Shown here piece by piece: positions 22,957 through 35,896 of a DNA stretch of 64,000 bases (within the stretch, counting starts at the first letter, position 1; every line of letters begins with the position of its first letter). Made by a program: the position numbers and the translations under genes. The notes under the pieces are model-generated. The model was not told the origin of the DNA. It did no database searches and saw only the letters and a list, made by a program, of their open reading frames with translations. This DNA is from Lingula anatina. Its lineage: Eukaryota; Animalia; Brachiopoda. The stretch spans positions 3,604,954-3,668,953 of the forward strand of contig CM120644.1 of assembly GCA_051362555.1 (NCBI GenBank), in the 5' to 3' direction.

Positions 22957-25900
22957 ATGGCGGCTCGGAAAAAGCACCAAAATCAAACAGGACAAAATGA
23001 ACGCACGAACGAAAAAGGAACGTCAACCAAACTGAAACAAAAATTTCCTAGAAGAAAAGAAAAACGAGACAACGCCGTGGAAGGAACTGTTGTTGGAGAT
23101 TTAAAGCAGTTTAGCAAAGGATATCTTGCTTCGGTGATTGGGCTAGGTAAGGGGACCGGCCGGCCGGCGAGTGACACGTAATAAATAGGCCTCAGATGAG
23201 AAGTTTTGATAAATGGACAGTTATTCTTCTTTAGTGGTTACATTTCTGTCTTGGTTTTCTTGATGAATAAAAAGTTAAGTTTCATCGAAATAAACAGTTC
23301 CTCCTGATTCGTGTACATTTCATGGCAATGATGTCGTGCAAATATCAGTTGCACGCCATCAAATTTTGATAAATTAATGATTCATGTCGTACGGTAAAAC
23401 CATATAAGGTCAACGCCTTGGACTAGACAACCAGGTATAAAAAATTTTCATTTTCAATTAATAGTATTTTTCTTGACTTTTTGTTGTTGAAAATATGACA
23501 TTCTATAACATTATCTTTTATCACTTCCTTTGCAGCACTGTTGGTGTCTTATCTTCATGGGTAAGTAACTGTGGCAGTGCCATATTAATTGTTGTATGTC
23601 ATGCAGACAGGCCCTGCTTCCTTTAACAATCATTATTATTACTGCTGTTATTGCTATTGCATAATGCTTAGCAACAGTTCTTTGAAAAGAAAAGAAAAAA
23701 GTTATATTTGACAAATAAAATATAACACATGATGTTACTGTTACTGATATATGGCTGATGCTGAGGCACATGTTCATAGTATGTAAAAGATAATTTTTAA
23801 TAGTTATCCAATATTTTACTGCATTTTGAAAGGGGATCACATTGAGCCTTTTTCCTGTCTGATATGAATTCAACAGATGATATAAATCTAAAAGATGCAG
23901 TATGAAAAAGAAAAAAATGACATTATGTTAAACCATTGATAAATCCAAAGAAGAAGATAGTTGAATATACATTCAAATCTTCATAAAAGAAACCAGTTTT
24001 GTAGTTTCCAAAGCAGATGTTTGATACCTCTTTTTCTTCAGGTACACTCATCTTAATTTGCTTTATGCATAATTTATGAAGAATGGCTGTAGATGAAGTG
24101 ATTATCATTATCTATCTTTCAAATTGCAATTTCCTTTCCATTGTACTAATGTTAATTATAACTAAGGACACCTTTAATGACCCTTGTGGTTTGATGCTGT
24201 AATACTCCCTAGATTTTATCTTGAGAATTTTTAAACTTAGGTCTTTTATGCAAACATTCCTTTATTAGTATCTATGATGAAATACTCGATATAATTTTGC
24301 CCTGATTTGGAAAGTATTTGTCAGCTATTACAGGTGTAAACCACAGGTGTTTGTTCTGAAATATGTTGCATTGTCAGATATGATTCTGCAGGATGTAATT
24401 TCTAGCAGGTGAAATAAATCATAAGAAAAAGAATTAGTGTCAGGAAAGTCAAAGCAATCCTGGTCCCTATTTCCATAGTAATTGGTAGACCACAGAACAC
24501 TAGGACATTTATAAAAATTAAAAACTCCTACTAATATGCTGTCTACTTTAGCTTATCAGCCAGTATTTGAAATTAAATGGATTGACAAGTGGCCATATAC
24601 TTTCCCTAGATGTGGGTAATTATATCGATGCCAGGTGAATGACAAGACTTCTTAATCAACCTGGAAAACAAATTGCTTTTGCCTTGCTATTAATAGAAAA
24701 TTGCAGAGAGTAAAACGAATCAATATCCATATATCATACCTGTATGCAGCTTGGAACCTTAATTATATTTAGTAAAGCAGGAGTTTGATAGCAGTCTGCT
24801 CCACAGGCTCTGCATTGATTTGACACATGAACAAACAAACATATTAATTAAAGAAAAAAGGGACACGTATTGTTTTATGTTTTAGCATTTTATTTTTAAA
24901 TGAACAGCTGTTGTTTTTATTGAAATTTCTAAGCATTTAAAATGATTTATACCTAATTATCCTTTCATCACAATGTTGTAATATTCCAATCTTTGGGTTG
25001 AGATATTCTTAATGAAATATTATAAATTTTATTGTTATTATTATTGTTATTATTATTATTGATGATGAACTTTTAACACAATTTCATATGATAGCAGGTG
25101 TATTAAACAGATGATATCTTTATGTTGACAGAGCCCATATCTCCAAAATGTTTGAGAGTGACCGCCACTTCTCCCACCTGTCTACGCTGGAGAGAGAGCT
25201 GGCCTTCAGGACGGAAATGGTCAGTCTCCTTATATATGAATAGATATAATAAATGTAATTATAGACTTAATATACAATATTTTAAATATATTTACTGTTA
25301 CCATTCAGGAGTAGAGGAATTTTGCCTTTTTATGTGGAACATAATGGGTCTGCTTTAATTATAATATATAATAAATTGTTTGGTATTGTCACATTTGGCT
25401 TATAGTACTGTTCCCTTATATTTTTATATGAATGAATTTCTTAAAGCAACTGTGATAATCAAAACATTCATTTTGATATTTTCCCATCCCTGTTATGTCT
25501 CTCCAGGGCTTGTACTACTCCTACTTCAAGATCATCATAGATGCTCCCAGTTTCACCAGTGGTGTTTACTCCATCATGAATGACAACATCACAGAGTTTC
25601 CTTCCACTATAAATACACTGAAAAGGTTCAATCTCTACCCAGAGGTAAGTACTGGCTGTTACACAGAGTTTTCTTCCACTATTAATACACTGAAAAGGTT
25701 CAATCTCTACCCAGAGGTAAGTACTGGCTGTTACGGCATTTTTCTGTGGTGGTGGTAGTGATGCTTGTGGCAGAAAATTTTAAAGATATAAATTGTATAC
25801 GAGGATAATTTACGTATTATTGTAATACGCAGAGCACAGGGATGAGAAATTGGTTGGTATTGTCTATTTTGCTTATTATACTTTTTTATGATACAGTGTG

Positions 25901-26796
25901 GGGGTTTAGAATAACTGAAATTGTCATATTTAATGTAAGTTATCTTGGTGTTTGGTACTTTTAGGGGCTGCGTTAAGAAAATACAACAGTGTCATATCCT
26001 ATATATAATATCTGTGTATTGCTATATTACAGGTAGTTCTAGGGGCAGCATATAGAGTATACAACAGTGTCATATCCTATATATAATATCTGTGTATTAT
26101 TACAGGTAGTTCTAGGGGCAGCATATAGAGTATACAACAGTGTCATATCCTATATATAATATATGTGTATTATTACAGGTAGTTCTAGGGGCAGCATATA
26201 GAGTATACAACAGTGTCATATCCTATATATAATATATGTGTATTATTACAGGTAGTTCTAGGGGCAGCATATAGAGTATACAACAGTGTCATATCCTATA
26301 TATAATATCTGTGTATTATTACAGGTAGTTCTAGGGGCAGCATATAGAGTATACAACAGTGTCATATCCTATATATAATATATGTGTATTATTACAGGTA
26401 GTTCTAGGGGCAGCATATAGAGTATACAACAGTGTCATATCCTATATATAATATCTGTGTATTGTTATATTACAGGTAGTTCTAGGGGCAGCATATAGAG
26501 TATATGACAGTGTAATGTATGCCATGAACAAACCTACCAAGCAGTGCTGGACAGTCAACAGAGGACAGGGTCTGGCCCCAGTGGAGAGTTGTGAAGGTAA
26601 AGAACTGGGCATTGGGGTCTGATTCAGCCTGGGAAGTTATTTCTGAAGCTAAACTGGTGAATTGAAAAAATTGTTCAGGTATTGGACATTGTTTTTGCTT
26701 TGGGTTGGTAGATTCTTTAGCCCTGTGGGAAAGTTCTGATGGGGAAATAACTGAGGGTTTGCTGTGCAAGTTTTTTTTTTTAATTAATTTATTAAT

Positions 26797-26835
<39 letters not shown>

Positions 26836-29800
26836 TTTTGCATTTGTAAAAAAAATAGTACTGGGCCTCCTCTGGTAAAAAAGTTTCCTGTCAAAAGTCA
26901 AGACTAAAGAGTGGATTATTTTGCCTAGTAGAAGTAAAATATTATTTTAATGTAATTCATAATGATTGTGTTAATTTTTATTTAAATCTATGGTTCTTGT
27001 TATGTTATGTTTTTTTAATGATACTTGAGTGTAGCCTTGTTTTATGTTCAAAGATATTGATTATTTATTAGAATTCATTTTGTTTCTGCTTTTCGCTTTG
27101 CTTTAATTCCTGAAGATGAAGTGGGTTTTCTTTTCTCTGGTTTAGGTCTTGGTGAGCCTTCTTATTTCTATGTGGATTCAGTTTTCTTTCTTAATGGACT
27201 GATGATGGGGGTGATATTTCTTTATGCAACTTTTCTCAGGTAAGAATTTTAATCTCAATAAATTATTATTATTTAAAAAAACAACAAATTCTGACATTGT
27301 TTATTGTAACTTAATTAGGTTTTAGGCAGAATGTTTTCTGTGAAGTTCTTTTGTATTAGGTTATAACTTTCACATTCAACATGACATTTAAGGAGCACCT
27401 GTTGGTTATCTGTATATTTTTTAATTATACTTCAGTGGCAGCATATTTGGGGGCATCCTCACTGTACTGTGCTTCTTCTACAACCATGGAGAGGTAAATA
27501 TTTCTTAATTTTGATATATTTTTCTTTTTCCCCACAATTCTACCCTCTTTAACTAAAAAAAATTCATCCTGTCCATTCCTTTATCCACATACAAAATGTT
27601 TATAATAGCAGCTTACCAACCAGAAACATCTGGTGACAAATTATATTAAAGACATACACACTGTACATCATACAGCAAAAAGATGACGATGTTAAACACT
27701 AAACCTAAAACTAGAAACCCTCTATAGCAGCATAGATCACTGTTTATTAGTATGTGTTTTTTGTTTATATTGAATGGAGCATAAATATAAACTTAATAAT
27801 GCATATGAATGCAATGTATTGGAAAATATGTATGAATTATAAGAAAATAGTTCTCTACACCATCATATATTATATTATATTCTCAGTGCACCAGAGTCCA
27901 GTGGACCCCTCCTCTCAGGGAAAGCTTTGCCTATCCATTCCTAGTGGTCCAAATGTTACTAGTCACCTATGTGTTAAGGTAAGTTCTCCGGGAAAGCTTT
28001 GCCTATCCATTCCTAGTGGTCCAAATGTTACTAGTCACCTATGTGTTAAGGTAAGTATTCAGGGAAAGCTTTGCCTATCCATTCCTAGTGGTCCAAATGT
28101 TACTAGTCACCTATGTGTTAAGGTAAGTTCTCCGGGAAAGCTTTGCCTATCCATTCCTAGTGGTCCAAATGTTACTAGTCACCTATGTGTTAAGGTAAGT
28201 CCTTGGAGAGTTATCCTGAGCTTGAAGAAGGATTCACACTTTGAAAAAAAATATTGGACTTATTTATGAAATTTTGTGTAGATTGTAATAGTATTTTCTG
28301 AGTTATTGCAAACTCCCCTCAACTCCCACCACCACCATTCATAGGCATAGTTAAGTTTGCTTTAAAGTGTTATTTATTAAAATAATATTGTGTATTAGTG
28401 TATCATCTTTGATTGTTTTGCTAATATTTGTTGAGAATTATTTTATGCCAAAATAATATGTCAGTAAGTAGAGTTCTGTACCATTTTGATTTAGGCAAAA
28501 ATTATGTTTGGAAGTATTTTATTTTACAGTTTTATATCAGTAAAAAAGAGGCCTGTTATGCTTTGAATTGCTCTGATAACATGTGCATTGAAGAGTTTTA
28601 TATGGCAATTAAATCTCAGAAAGTAGAGCTCTATCACATATTGAATTGTGCTGGTAATATTGAGTTTGTCTGATTCCAGGACAGAGCGTCCTACCTATAG
28701 ACACAGTGCAATGATAGCCCTGGCCACAGTGTGTTTTATGCTGCCCTGGCAGGTATGTAATTACACATGATTTTTTTATTGACCATGTGGTTTATCTCAG
28801 TTTTTTTTTTTTTTTTTTTTTTTTTGCTAGATGGTCACACGAACATTGATCTAATAGATTACTGATCATTCAAAAATAAGGAGAACACTGCCGTCGACAA
28901 TGATGATGGATATAGACTCTTTGAAAGTTCAATACCTTCAAAATAAAATTCCTTATTTTTAGTTGATCTCTCATCTTTTTAACTTTATGGTATAACAACA
29001 TTATCATCTTCTTCCCTTTCAGTTTGCTCAGTTTGCCCTGTTAACACAGACTGTCTCTGTACTGGGGACATATGTCCTGGGCTTTATTGGTTCTCATAAG
29101 ATGAAAGTGGTACTATATGGACAGACAGTAAGTGATTTTGATTTTGAGATTTTCTCTTACACAGATTTAACCTCCTTTTCACATTGTGTGGCACACTGTA
29201 GTTTGATTTTTCTGACTAACTTGGAGCTTACATTGAGGAGTCGGTCAAGTAACCAAGAACCTTTGATGAAGAATTAAAACATCATATGTCATATGTAAAA
29301 AATATATGTTTATTCTCTTTAGAATAGATTGGCTCTTTTAACCATTTTATAAAAGAGACAATCAAAAACATTTGTCACCCCAAACAAAAATTTATGATCA
29401 ATAAGATTGTTGTTGGTGCTGTTTAAGTTATTATTGTCAATTTATTCTCATTTCCAGGTAGCTCTAGTGATAAGTTACATCTTCCTCTTTGGGAATGAGA
29501 TGTTATTGACTTCGTTTTATGCTTCCTGTCTATTCACTGTTCACGTAAGTGTTCTCACAACTTTAAAAAATGCTCATGATAATTTGTATTATCACAAAAA
29601 AAAAATATGATGAATATTATCTTATCTCAACATAAATGTGAAACTAGAAGAGTGCCAGTTGATCACTGCTTTGACTGTTTGAATAAAAAAATACACCATG
29701 CCTTCTTAATGATGACAGTAATGATAATGATGATAAAGACAATGAAGAGTTCCTTACACAGACTTCTCCACCTTCACTGTTTATAATAATATAGTTATTA

Positions 29801-31043
29801 AAGATTTAAATTCCTGACATAACAACTGAAGTCACCGATTACACATTCACTAAGTGCAGGCAAAGTTTCGTTTATAAGTAGCTTGATAATAGTAGTCCTG
29901 TAATTGTATGTTTTGATTTAATTTAATTTGAAATACAAAATATATAAACCTGGAAAAGGGGAAAAATCTAAGAAGTGTCTTAGAGGGCTTTATTGACGTG
30001 GAGAGAATGTTTTTTCTTTCAGTGTTATGTACATGCAATCACTGACAAATGTAAAAAATATGTATAAGATGTCTTTCATGTTGTTTTGCAGATCATATTA
30101 CTTTTAGAACCTATAGTAGAAAATATTAAGATCAGGCCACTGATTTGGGTGAGTATTCTCATACAGAACAACTTGAAGTAACACCTTTAGTGATATTCTC
30201 ATGTCATTCTGTTTATCAACTGCATCAGTTTAGATGTTCATCTATATCAAATTTACTGTGGTTCACTAATTTGCAATTTTCCAAAAGTCATGTAAGAAAA
30301 TTGGAGGAGGAATATATAATCTGTACTGTGTACATCATAATGCACGTTATTTCTCAGAGCTCAGTTATCTTGGACTGAAAATAAATTGCCAATATATTTT
30401 TTTAATTTGTGCAATTTGTGTAGAGAAAATGTATTTTTTTCTATCTTTCAGTTAGTGCAAGGGGCAGTACTGGCAGTAGGCACCATTACAATCAAAATGG
30501 GACTTTCTAGTCTTTTTAAGATAGCAGATGATGTAAGTATTTGCAGAAGTGAAGTGAAATATTGGTAATATTATGTATTAACTTGTTTTATTTGTGGAGT
30601 GAGGGTAAGAGGTCAGAGAACAAGGGTGCAAAGATAGCTACAGAGAGATGAGGGGGGGGGGGGGGAAGGGTACAAGAGGATTAAATAAGAGAGGAGGTAG
30701 AAAAAGAGAAAGAAAAAAGGGCAAAGGAGAAATAAGTGTGGATATGTACCAGATATGGAACTAATCACTTATTTTCTCTTTTCTTTCAGGCTCACATTTC
30801 AGATATTTTTAGAAGCAAATTTGCAGACTTCAAGAACTTCCACACCATGTTGTACACTTGTGCTCCAGAGTTTGACTTCATGCAGGCAGAGGTGAGAGAT
30901 AGCTGAATCCTATTTGAAAACACATATGAATGTATGCAGGCACACATGCACACACACACACACACACAGAGCAGGAAAACTCATGCAATTGTACAAATCT
31001 TATTTCTCCTACTATTAAAGTGTTTGTGTCAAATTGTGTGTGT

Positions 31044-31079
<36 letters not shown>

Positions 31080-34000
31080 TAAATGAGAGAGAGAAAAAAG
31101 AGAGTTCAGATCCTTGAAGCTATAACCAGTAATTTTGGTTCCCAAGTATTTAGATCTGCTTATGTGTACAATTTCAGACTCCTGTGAAGTTACTCCAAAC
31201 CCTTCTGCTGCCCAGTGTGTTCATAGCCGCTGCTGGGGCAACTGTTATTGTAAGTATGAGCTCAAGTTGGGGTGGTAAAAGAATTAATATGAGCAACTGT
31301 CATTGTAAGTAGAGAGAAAAATACTCAATGGTAACATTAAATACAATTTACTTTTGTAACTATAACAATTTTAATATACTTCATTATAATATTAGTGTTA
31401 GGTTATAATACTGATCTTTTGAATTGGTTTTGTGGTTTATTTACGCTATGATCTGGTTAGAATCTTAAACATGTTAGAATAGGAATATGTTTAAATATGT
31501 TTAAAATATCTTTGAAATTCCCAATTCTACCTGGTTAAAATGATAAAACCCCTCGCAATAAAAGTACCTGGTGTCAATATTTCCATCTGAAATGTACAGA
31601 AAGACATGGCAAAATAATTTTTTATCAATTAGAATTTGTGTGAAGCACCAAATCAAATTGCTTTTTTTTTTCTGGAGAAAAATTTGATTTGGTGCATATA
31701 TCCCGGACAGGGAACCTTGATTCTTGACCAGATGTGTACAATTTCAACCCACAGATACTGCGTAATGAGTACCAGCAGTGGTGTCAGCCCCAGGGTACTG
31801 AGGTGGGCGGTGGGGATAACCACAGCAGGGAGGAAGAGGAGGACGAGGAAGAAGAAGACAGTGTGTACAGTAGTCGAGCCTACAGGTCCAAGCCACATGC
31901 TGAGGTATGGATGGTATCCCAGGCTGTTCTGTAAACTTTATGGTCTACTGGCATGTCCTGCTAACAGTGTCTTATCAGAGTCCAGTCAGTCAAGGAAAAG
32001 GCAGTGGTCAGGGATTGAGTCAATTTGGAGAATTATTTTACTGGCCAGGGTCTGATTGTTTTCTGATATTTAGTTTCTGGCCAGTGTTAATGTGAAAGTC
32101 TAATATTAACTGTATGTAGTTACTATTAGTGCAAAATAAAGTAGCACAGAAGAGTGGGGAACACTGAAACCAAGTGATGTCATTGGGGAGGTAACATATA
32201 CAGGATTAGCAACAGATGTTAAAGAATCAGTAACTACTCCTGAAATACAACAAGTATTTATTTCAGTTTTATTTGTCAATTGTTCACGTAAAATATAGTC
32301 CCACTTGGCGATTTCTTCAGCCCACAAATTAGCTTCTAATTCAGTGCGATCAACTTCATTTTTTACTTCTAACAGCTTAGCTTCTCTTTCACTGTTACGT
32401 CTCTTATGCGCTCATATTCCTGCTCATCAATTAACAGCTTCAGTTTCTCATCTTTTTCATTTGACAGTTGTTGTAATTTCAGCTTTGCTACTTGAGCCTT
32501 CACTCTTGATTCCATAAGTTTTTCACGGGCCTTACTTGAGGCTGTTGACTGGCGAGGAGAGGAGGTACTGGCGTTGCTGGAGGCTTCTTCTTTAGCGTCA
32601 TCCTTTAAAGTGGCTGTCTCTTGTTGTCTTTGGTGGCTTCTTGTTTCCTTCCATTCTCTGCATCGACGATAGAATTCCTGTTTATTGCTTTGTACGCAGC
32701 TAAAAACTTCATTACCTTCTTCTGCCTTGGTTGGATCTAGATGATAGAGGATGTCAACATAATCTTAGTGAGTCTGGGAAAGTCTACTGAATATCTCGCT
32801 AACAGCTTCCCTTTTCTTCATCACTAGTTGGTAGTTGCTAAAATCCACCATTAAAATGTCTATGTCATGGTAAAGTTTGGTTAATTTGCCCCTATAGAAG
32901 GCCCTGGACAATTTGAGCGTTTAGGCCCTCTCAGTAATAATGTCTTCCCTCATCACGGGGGTCTTGAGACACTTATTTCAATCTAGCAGAGGTTTCACAA
33001 TGGCGAGTTTCACTAGGGCGCGGCTTTCTCTTCAGCAAATGTTACACTTTGTAGCTCGCCAGTAGCTCGCCAGGGCCACAGAAAAACGAGGCAAAAGACA
33101 ACGGGCATATTCCTTTGCTTGAGCATTTTTTAAAATAGTCTCAGCTTGAAACAGCCGTGTAACTAAAACAAAGAAAATACAATTGTCACTTAATTATCTA
33201 GCTGGTATCACCACTTACTTCTCACATAACATCTGAGTTTATGAAAATACAATTAGCAACCTGTTTATTAATTAAAAAATCTATATAATATAAACAGAGA
33301 AATACTGGTAATATACTAGTACATTATGTGCAAAATTGGCATAAACCCTTATGCCTCTACTGGGTAAATACACAAATAATGCCACTGCACCTCTGCACTC
33401 CTCTGCACTCATCTGCAGCATACACCTAACTGACCCACACACTCCTCGGTGTGACAACTAGGACTGTTCACTTATGCTAATGAGGTCCTTTTATTAAAGA
33501 AATGTGATAGATGTGTTTGCTCAGCATATCTGATGCAAGATACCATAAACTAAGTTTGACACAATCATTTTTGTTCTTACAGCAGTATTTGGAATCAGTT
33601 TGGAAAAATTTGCGTCCATTGTTTTTCACAGTTTTTGCAAAGAAATTATAAAAGAAATATTTAACATAGAATTCATAGTCTGTATAGTGTATATTTTACT
33701 TCCTTGTAGGTGCTATACAACATGTTCCAGCTGCTGGCATACACAGCAATGGCGGTGATCATCATGAGGTTGAAACTGTTCTGGACACCACACTTGTGTC
33801 TGCTGGCTTCACTACTGGCTTCTAGACAGGTAGGATAGGAAGTGACACACACACACCTACGCGCGCGCGCACACACACACACACACACATATGCATGTAG
33901 CACAGACACACACTACTTTCTCTGCTGGCTTCTAGACAGGTAGGACATGCATGCATGTGCACACACACACACACACATACATACATGAGAAAGAGATATT

Positions 34001-35364
34001 GCAGTTGAGAGGGGGAGTGTTAGGAAAGTTAGGAGAGAGGAAGGGGAAAAGTAAACAATTGATAGAGAGAGGGAGAAATTGGGAGAAAGAAAGGGAAAAA
34101 AGGATAACTGGAGAGAGAGCGAGCAAGACTTTTCTCAGCATTCCACTACTAACGTGTAACATATGCTGTATTTCAGTTCTTTGGCTGGGCGTGCCCCAAG
34201 AAGACCCACATCAGTGTACTGGTGGGCGTGATGGCAGTGATGAGTATCGCTGGGTTCGGGAACTTGAAGCACCAGTGGGGAATCATGGGAGAGTTCAGCA
34301 ACTGGCCGCAGGAAGAGATGGTGGAGTGGATTAAGGCACACACACCTCAAAGTAGGACTTCTATTAAACCATACCTTACTGAAACAATAAGCTATTTCCC
34401 CCCACAGAATGAATGCAAGGCCTACTGTGATATAGGCCTACAGGGTGGTCCATACAAAAGACTATTTTACTTTCCATCTCTATTTGAAATATTTTTTTTA
34501 ATATGCTTGATTAAGTATTTCATAAATTTTTGTTGAACCCAGTAGGTTGAAATATTTTCACTGAATACAGTGTTAACCTGATTGTTATCGAGGACCTTAG
34601 ACTGTGCAAGTCATTTCTTCCAAGTGTTATAATACATTGAGAACTGTAATATATTGCACAGGGCAATTCCTGTCCTTGCCACTACGATCACACAATTCTT
34701 AAACTGTGCAAAGCATTTCTTTCAAGTGTTATAATACTGTAATATTGCTGTGATTTTAGCTGCTGTGTTTGCTGGTCCTATGCCTACCATGGCCACCGTG
34801 AAGCTGTGTACGGGAAGACCCATAGTGAACCATCCACACTATGAAGATGCTGGGCTGAGGTACGGAAGACTGATTTATTTCTAAAATTTTATATTGGCCA
34901 CATGCAAAACTGCCTCATTTCTAAAATTGTCTATTTCAATTTGGCACTCTCCACATGGTGACACCCAGGAATGATATATAAAGACTGCCTTATTTCTAAA
35001 ATTTTATATGATATTGGCAGTGGCCACATGGTGACACCCTGGAAGAAATATCTTCAGAAATACCTTATCAGCACCAAGAAAGTGTACTCTTTGTATTTTT
35101 TTTTTTTTTTTAAATTTGGGCCAGAGGGTATTATAAATAGTTATATGTGCATGTGTGGATAGTAGAAAGTGATCTAAGAATGGGGTTAAACAAACTGATC
35201 CTTTTTATTTTCTAAATCCCAGGGCCCGTACCAAGAAGGTGTACAGCATGTACAGTAGGAAACCTGTGGAGGAGGTGAAGCAGAATCTCATGGATCTTCA
35301 GGTGGACTACGCCATCTTGGAGGATTCCTGGTGCATCAGGAGACAGAAGTAAGGCCACTATGTA

Positions 35365-35403
<39 letters not shown>

Positions 35404-35896
35404 CTGAGAGATAGTGTGTGTTTGTGAGTATTGTAATTTTTTAATGCATACACATGAGTTTGTAAGCATGCACATGCACATATGGGGGAGGGAGGGGGGA
35501 AGGTCCCGTCCATAGCTCTGGCCCTGGACCCCTCTGAGGACCTAGAGAGCCCCCTGAACCCAGCACCATATTTTCACTCTTTTCACTAAATGGCAGTCTC
35601 AGCCCTGGGCTTAGAATTAATGGTTGTACTTATGAGATGTGAGGTGTTAGAAAGCCTTGTTATTATTGATATATGTAGCATGTGGTCCCTGATAAAGGAG
35701 AATGAGATTCTGATACCTTCCATTCTGCTTATTTAACAGGCCAGGCTGTGCCATGCCTGAGATATGGGACGTGGAGGACCCAGAGAACAAGAACGCCCCC
35801 GAGCCGACCTGTACAACACTCAGGAGAAACCCAGGTCCTCACTTCAAGAGGGTCTTCAAGAATGATGTGTATGAAGTACTGAAGATTATTAAATAA
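22957..35896 (+). CDS. DPY19L1: Dpy-19-like protein C-mannosyltransferase (DPY19L1-like), ~20 exons
   Basis: Spliced exons give [166 protein letters not shown]; stop after VYEVLKIIK at 35894-35896. Confidence 0.93.
25590..25733 (+). repeat. 2 x 72-bp tandem duplication of an exon end plus 5' splice site
   Basis: ...CTACCCAGAG|GTAAGTACTGGCTGTTAC twice; GT at 25645 and 25717. Confidence 0.95.
25980..26510 (+). repeat. ~7 x 73-bp tandem repeat containing a 3' splice site plus exon start
   Basis: TTACAG|GTAGTTCTAGGGGCAGCATATAGAGTAT with AG at 26031, 26104, 26177, 26250, 26323, 26396, 26474. Confidence 0.95.
27918..28200 (+). repeat. 4 x 72-bp tandem repeat of an exon end plus 5' splice site
   Basis: GGGAAAGCTTTGCC...GTGTTAAG|GTAAGT with GT at 27979, 28051, 28123, 28195. 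Confidence 0.95.

Noticed and set aside
25980-26510. CRISPR-like periodic array
   Set aside because: Units are identical throughout with no unique spacers; eukaryotic intron, no cas genes.
27754-28269. 171-aa repeat protein ORF
   Set aside because: Off-frame read-through of the 72-bp splice-junction repeat in DPY19L.
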